Virus record (IMG/VR): IMGVR_UViG_3300042251_000001
Span: 1 to 38,047 of that record
From: a virus
Lineage: Duplodnaviria > Caudoviricetes
DNA length: 38,047 nt
Reading direction: 5' to 3' (one strand)
In this document: in pieces, positions 33,610 through 38,047 of the stretch
Numbering within the stretch: the stretch's first letter is position 1
How the letters are laid out: each line of letters begins with the position of its first letter
Translations under genes and position numbers: made by a program
The notes under the pieces: model-generated
What the model was told of the DNA's origin: nothing
What the model saw: the letters and a program-made list of their open reading frames with translations, nothing else
The model's database searches: none

Positions 33610-34073
33610 TCGATTTCCTCTACTTCAGCCATGCAGCCAATACTGATTCCTGACCATTCACCCGCTTTAACACCTTGCCAAAGGTCATCATCAGCAAACT
33701 GCCACACTTGTAGCCAGCTTCCCTTGGTGACATACTGATCACCAATCTGCATATCAACCGGAGCAATATAGCTTTCGATGACAGAGCAGACGTTATCATC
33801 CACCATGACAACGTGGCCCAGATTAGTTTTCATGCAAGATGTGTTATAAGAGTGACACGCCTTCTCAACTTCTTCGGCATCGTATGTATCACCATGTAGA
33901 TCGAAGCTGGTTTCATCCTTGTGAGCCATTAGAGCCACAAACAATGCTTGCCGCTTCTCTACATCCACTGCCTTAGCCACTTCAATCGTTGGCTCTGATT
34001 TAGCTTGTGTCTCACCAAAATGCTTTTCGATGAACTCGGAGAGGGCTTTAATCATGTTATCTTTATCAATCAT
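33606..34073 (-). CDS. Prohead protease (XkdF-like)
   Basis: DLHGD, EVEKAC, ESYIAP, KGSWL, LWQGVKAGEWSGISIG. Confidence 0.85.
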   Translation of the reverse strand: MIDKDNMIKALSEFIEKHFGETQAKSEPTIEVAKAVDVEKRQALFVALMAHKDETSFDLHGDTYDAEEVEKACHSYNTSCMKTNLGHVVMVDDNVCSVIESYIAPVDMQIGDQYVTKGSWLQVWQFADDDLWQGVKAGEWSGISIGCMAEVEEIE

Positions 34074-35059
34074 TATGCGTCCCCTTGGTAACCTTGCCAG
34101 ACTCGTTCTTCGTACTTGGCATATTTTTCAAGAACCTCATCAGGTACTAGATCCCTTAGCTTCTTCAAACATTCCCAGTATTCATCAGTTCCACGTTTGT
34201 GTTTAACGAACTCAGGGGATTCCTCAGAGTTGAATAATAGCCTGACAGCTGCTGGTGAGTTCTTACCTTCCAGTTCAGCAACTGTATTCAGCTCACCGAA
34301 AATACCATGGGGACATTCGTACAAGTATTTATGCTTCGGATGGAAGGCTCGACCGTACTGACCAAGATCATTCTTAACATCTTGTAAATGTTGTTGACCT
34401 TTCGCTATGACAGATGAGGCCAATCCGTATTTCTTCATAGCCTCACTTTTCTTACGCTGTGTCTCAGCTGTCTGGACGTACCCGTTCGCTTTTGCAGTTT
34501 GTGCAGCACGTCTACTTCGCTCAGAGCGTTCTTCTGGCGTGTGCTTTAGTCGCATAGCTTCAGAGATAGACTTAGACATCTTAGCTTTAGTTTCCTCAGA
34601 GTGGCAATAACCCGCCCTAGATTTCACCCGCTTACGTATGGTCTCCGCCGATTGTTTTTGCCCAGTCTTGGCTATACTAATCTTACGTTTTGTTTCCTCG
34701 GACAGCGCTACTCCACGATTACCTACATTGCCTCCTTTGACAACGTTCCAGCCAACGTAAGTCTCCGCTCTCAACAGAGCTTCCATCGAATACGTTGAAT
34801 CTTTATCGCCATAGAAGACTACTTCAGAAACCATATTCTCAATACCGTACTTATCAAATGCCTGATAAAGACAGGGGTGATGAGTTTGCCCAGTTTCTGT
34901 ATAATGTTTGTAACTGTAAGTGTGGTCTTTCATCCGTTTATTGTAGTCTTTCGTGTACCCAACATATCCCTGCTTGGTAATATCGTCATGCTCTGGTAGG
35001 TGTATCCAGTATAAATACACGAAGTCACCATCTAAAAGATCTTCGTCTATATTCATCAA
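34073..35059 (-). CDS. GIY-YIG homing endonuclease (Seg-like) with NUMOD3-type repeats
   Basis: YLYWI...GYVGYT...R...H, GWNV..GG, SEETKRKIS, HSEETKAKMS. Confidence 0.85.
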   Translation of the reverse strand: MMNIDEDLLDGDFVYLYWIHLPEHDDITKQGYVGYTKDYNKRMKDHTYSYKHYTETGQTHHPCLYQAFDKYGIENMVSEVVFYGDKDSTYSMEALLRAETYVGWNVVKGGNVGNRGVALSEETKRKISIAKTGQKQSAETIRKRVKSRAGYCHSEETKAKMSKSISEAMRLKHTPEERSERSRRAAQTAKANGYVQTAETQRKKSEAMKKYGLASSVIAKGQQHLQDVKNDLGQYGRAFHPKHKYLYECPHGIFGELNTVAELEGKNSPAAVRLLFNSEESPEFVKHKRGTDEYWECLKKLRDLVPDEVLEKYAKYEERVWQGYQGDA

Positions 35060-36501
35060 GAGTCTCCAGAATACTTACCATCAAGACTTTTGATTAGCCC
35101 CTCAACTAAAGCATCGTCTTGTTCGGCCAACTCCTGAGGGGAGGCTGTAGCAGCTTCCTTGTCAGCGTTCTTGGTCATACCAATTCGTTGAGATATTGCC
35201 TGATGGACATTGACAGGGGTATCCAAGAATGTACTGCTGTCGTCACGCTCTGGTAGATCAGCACGTTTACGCAATGCGTTTTCTAGTGAGGCGTCAGCAA
35301 CAATATAACTGGAAATATTCTGCAAGAATCCACCAAGATCAGCCAAACTAGCAGCCCCAATTGGCTTATGAACCAGTCTACACGTTTTGCTATCATCCCA
35401 ACCGTTCATTTTGTACAACGTAGGAATAGCCTTACGGTTAAACTGTTCAGCAATGATTTCCAGATAGGCTTCTAATGTCTGAATGAAGGTGCCAATCTTA
35501 TTATCTGACAATGCAAACGAACCACTAGATGATGACCCCATCAGGATGAAGTCTGACAACATACTCTGTGCAATACGATAATCGTAACGCTCAATCACTT
35601 TAGATGTATCAATAGAACGTGTACCACGGCTTGCCACAAGATCGAAGTTGAACAACTCTTTGTTAGATGTCTCGTCCGTATCACTTGGCAAGAACAAGCA
35701 AGCCTGTTCATTGTTACGGACATTAGTACCAATACGAATGAAGTCTTGGAACACTTTATAGCGATCTGGATCTTCTTGTGGATCAGCCATGAAATATTCC
35801 ATTGGAATACGGAATACAGGCAAACCGTTCATTTCACGCTCAATACCAACAGCTTCGTAATACTCTAGCTTGGTTTTCTTGTCCCAAGCGTAGTAGGCAT
35901 TCTTTAGAATAGAACGTCCCAGAGGATTGTTTCGCTCAGAGTCAGTGCGGAAATGTAAGAGTCGTGAATAAGGAATCTCGATCTCTGTTGTAGCTTTAGG
36001 AGTGAATCCTGCTAGATTAGCTGGACACTGTTTGATTTGATCAAGATTACCTCGTTCATCAAACTTAAAGCCAGAGATTGTTTTCTGTGATCGGGAAGGA
36101 AAATCTTTCCAGATGAAATTCCCTTTATACACTTTGTACGTGGGTTCGTGAAAAGAGAAACCGTACTCGATGAAAGATAATATATCAGCCACCACCTGAT
36201 CCCATGACCGTGCCATTCTCATGAATAGTGCGTCACGGATAATCTCGGCTGTAGCTTTATCTTCATCAGAAGCGTTGACACCACCAACTGGCTCAATATC
36301 CCATTCCACCTTACGAATGTACTGCTTGATCATCATAAGGGAGCCGGAAACCAGTGGATCAGATTTCATCTTGTCGAATGTTGTTAGAGAATGAGGCCAG
36401 CGTAGTTCTGGTGCCAGTTCATCATCGACAATATTCTTCGTGGTGTAACGTAGTCCGGTTCGTCCAATTTCACGAGGAATTGTGGCTCGTTTATCTGCCA
36501 T
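35056..36501 (-). CDS. Portal protein
   Basis: EIGRTGL, YGFSFHE, NNPLGRSIL, GIERE.NG.P, GSFALS; follows terminase. Confidence 0.92.
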   Translation of the reverse strand: MADKRATIPREIGRTGLRYTTKNIVDDELAPELRWPHSLTTFDKMKSDPLVSGSLMMIKQYIRKVEWDIEPVGGVNASDEDKATAEIIRDALFMRMARSWDQVVADILSFIEYGFSFHEPTYKVYKGNFIWKDFPSRSQKTISGFKFDERGNLDQIKQCPANLAGFTPKATTEIEIPYSRLLHFRTDSERNNPLGRSILKNAYYAWDKKTKLEYYEAVGIEREMNGLPVFRIPMEYFMADPQEDPDRYKVFQDFIRIGTNVRNNEQACLFLPSDTDETSNKELFNFDLVASRGTRSIDTSKVIERYDYRIAQSMLSDFILMGSSSSGSFALSDNKIGTFIQTLEAYLEIIAEQFNRKAIPTLYKMNGWDDSKTCRLVHKPIGAASLADLGGFLQNISSYIVADASLENALRKRADLPERDDSSTFLDTPVNVHQAISQRIGMTKNADKEAATASPQELAEQDDALVEGLIKSLDGKYSGDS

Positions 36502-36554
36502 TGTTTCCTCCGAAATAAGTTGGGGCGAATAAGCCGCCCCGTTCGATTGATTAC

Positions 36555-36583
36555 ATAGTAGAGATATGATATGTACGTGTCAA
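36555..36583 (-). promoter_or_regulatory. Sigma70-like promoter upstream of portal
   Basis: TTGACA-17 bp-TACTAT on the - strand. Confidence 0.7.
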
Positions 36584-36636
36584 TAGTTTGACACTATTTA
36601 GTTTGAAGTGTCAAGTTTTTGACTGGATTGTTTTGG

Positions 36637-37708
36637 CTAGAACATTCTGCTTGCAAACTCGTTCATTTTGGTTAGGGATGGGATTTTGAATTTTTCGGGG
36701 AGTTTTTTGCCGGAGATTAGCCAGTTGTAGCCATCAGATGTGCAATCCACGAAATCGTCGTGCTGCCTGCGCCTCTCTGGGTCAAAGTTCTCAAGCTGCG
36801 ATATGTACTTATCATTCCAGTCACCCTTCACGATACATACCATACCATTCTCAGCGGCGTTGGAGAAACCAGAGAATCTCTCAAGCTTGCCCTTCCTTGT
36901 CTTGGAACGCTTTACCTTATAGCCAGCCAAGATTAAAGGTTTGGCATAATGTTCAAACTGGATCAAACCACCTGCGGCAGCGTCCTGCGGGATGCTTATT
37001 GGTACGTTCCTGCCATCATATTCGGCAGTATCTTGGATCAACTTTGCCACGCCAGCAGGTCTTGCAAGAATCTCTTTTGCATTTAGTACGTAGATATAAC
37101 CATCTTCACCAATACCTATCTTTACACAAGCCGTTGAGTCAGGGTCACTGTTAATTTCTGACTTGATAGAAGCAGCCAAGTCGTATGCACGGATTACCTT
37201 TTTCATTTTTGGTACATCCTTGTGCTCTACAAAGTCAACCCATTCACGTTTAAAGTAACCAGAACCTTGTGGGGATACATCCCAGCAGCCGTACAAAAGT
37301 CTCTCCCTTTCAACACGTCCGAGGTTCTTCAGTGCAGTTAGGTATGAGGGCTGATTTTTACACAAGACGGGATTGTCTTTGATGTTCGCTGCGATGAATG
37401 TAAAACTCATTGGATCACAATCTAGGCCATATTTCGCTTGTAATTCTTCCCTTGAATCGCCCCAAGCCAGATGACCGTCTTCATCAGATATAAACCAGCG
37501 AATTTTGCCGGAGTTTTCAGGAATAGGATATCCGTAATCATCTAGGTAAAACCCTTTCAAGAACTCGTGTAACCAACCACCCTCAGCTTCCTTTGGCTCC
37601 GGGTTACATGTTGCTCTACAGACTGATTGTTCTTCTGCATTTGAACGCATACGAGAGAGCATGTAAAAGAATGCCTCTCTGTTGAAGCGACCAAGTTCGT
37701 CAAAATAT
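36637..37708 (-). CDS. terL: Terminase large subunit, 3' exon
   Basis: YFDE Walker B, ATCNP, DNP.L, RAYDLA, HDDFVD nuclease motifs; frame open upstream of the ORF-track ATG to the intron boundary. Confidence 0.93.
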
Positions 37709-37967
37709 CAATGGTTCAAATAGACTCGTTAGGTCTATCCCGCAACATTACTTGCAGCTTACACTTTCGTGCAAGATCGGACTATCTCATCAACTACTTG
37801 AGTTGCCCTGCGCTTCCACACCACTTGGTGCGTACTCCCTTTCGGGATAGTCTCTAGGGGCCATTCTGTTAAGAACATCCCTACCGATTGGCATAGCTTA
37901 CGCCTTAGCTTTCCAGTATTTCACAGGGTTTTTAACTAAACATCACTGCTTAGTGCCACATCTGTCT
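37709..37967 (-). ncRNA. Group I intron (IA2-like, 259 nt, no internal ORF) in terL
   Basis: P1 GCCAU/GUGGC with U-G at the splice site; P3 CCCUGUG/CGCAGGG; GAGACUA and GAGAUAGUCC (P7); P7.1 and P7.2 hairpins; terminal G; splicing gives QGLEYSAI-YFDE. Confidence 0.92.
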
Positions 37968-38047
37968 ATGGCTGAGTATTCAAGACCCTGATGGTCATCT
38001 TCCGCTGTCCGTTCATTGTGTTCTAGGTGACGATAGCGCGATGTTGC
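37968..38047 (-). CDS. terL: Terminase large subunit, upstream exon (truncated by window edge)
   Basis: Reads ATSRYRHLEHNERTAEDDHQGLEYSA(I), the segment expected before Walker B. Confidence 0.88.

Noticed and set aside
622-37154. Numerous short antisense or nested ORFs in the ORF track (for example 3445-3993, 6800-7180, 31851-32195, 36738-37154)
   Set aside because: They shadow well-supported genes and show no recognisable motifs.

Overview
Part of a tailed dsDNA phage genome (siphovirus-like: tail tube and long tape measure, no sheath seen) with two convergent arms meeting at a terminator near 11.43 kb. The + arm (1-11.4 kb) holds nucleotide-metabolism and accessory genes: dUTPase, adenine methylase, PhoH, NrdA/NrdB, a deaminase, glutaredoxin, two HNH endonucleases, and an intact TnpB behind a decayed IS607 tnpA. 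The - arm (11.5-38 kb) is morphogenesis: TerL, portal, protease, scaffold, decoration, capsid, neck, tail tube, chaperones, tape measure, tail proteins and membrane/lysis candidates. The main result is a complete diversity-generating retroelement (target-avd-TR-RT) in which one 93-bp template repeat matches TWO variable regions in the same 906-aa tail protein, one C-terminal and one internal, with adenine-specific mismatches and candidate targeting hairpins, some inside coding sequence. nrdA and terL are each interrupted at a catalytic motif by a small ORF-less group I intron whose splice sites can be read from the sequence. All family assignments are from motif recognition by eye; no searches were run.
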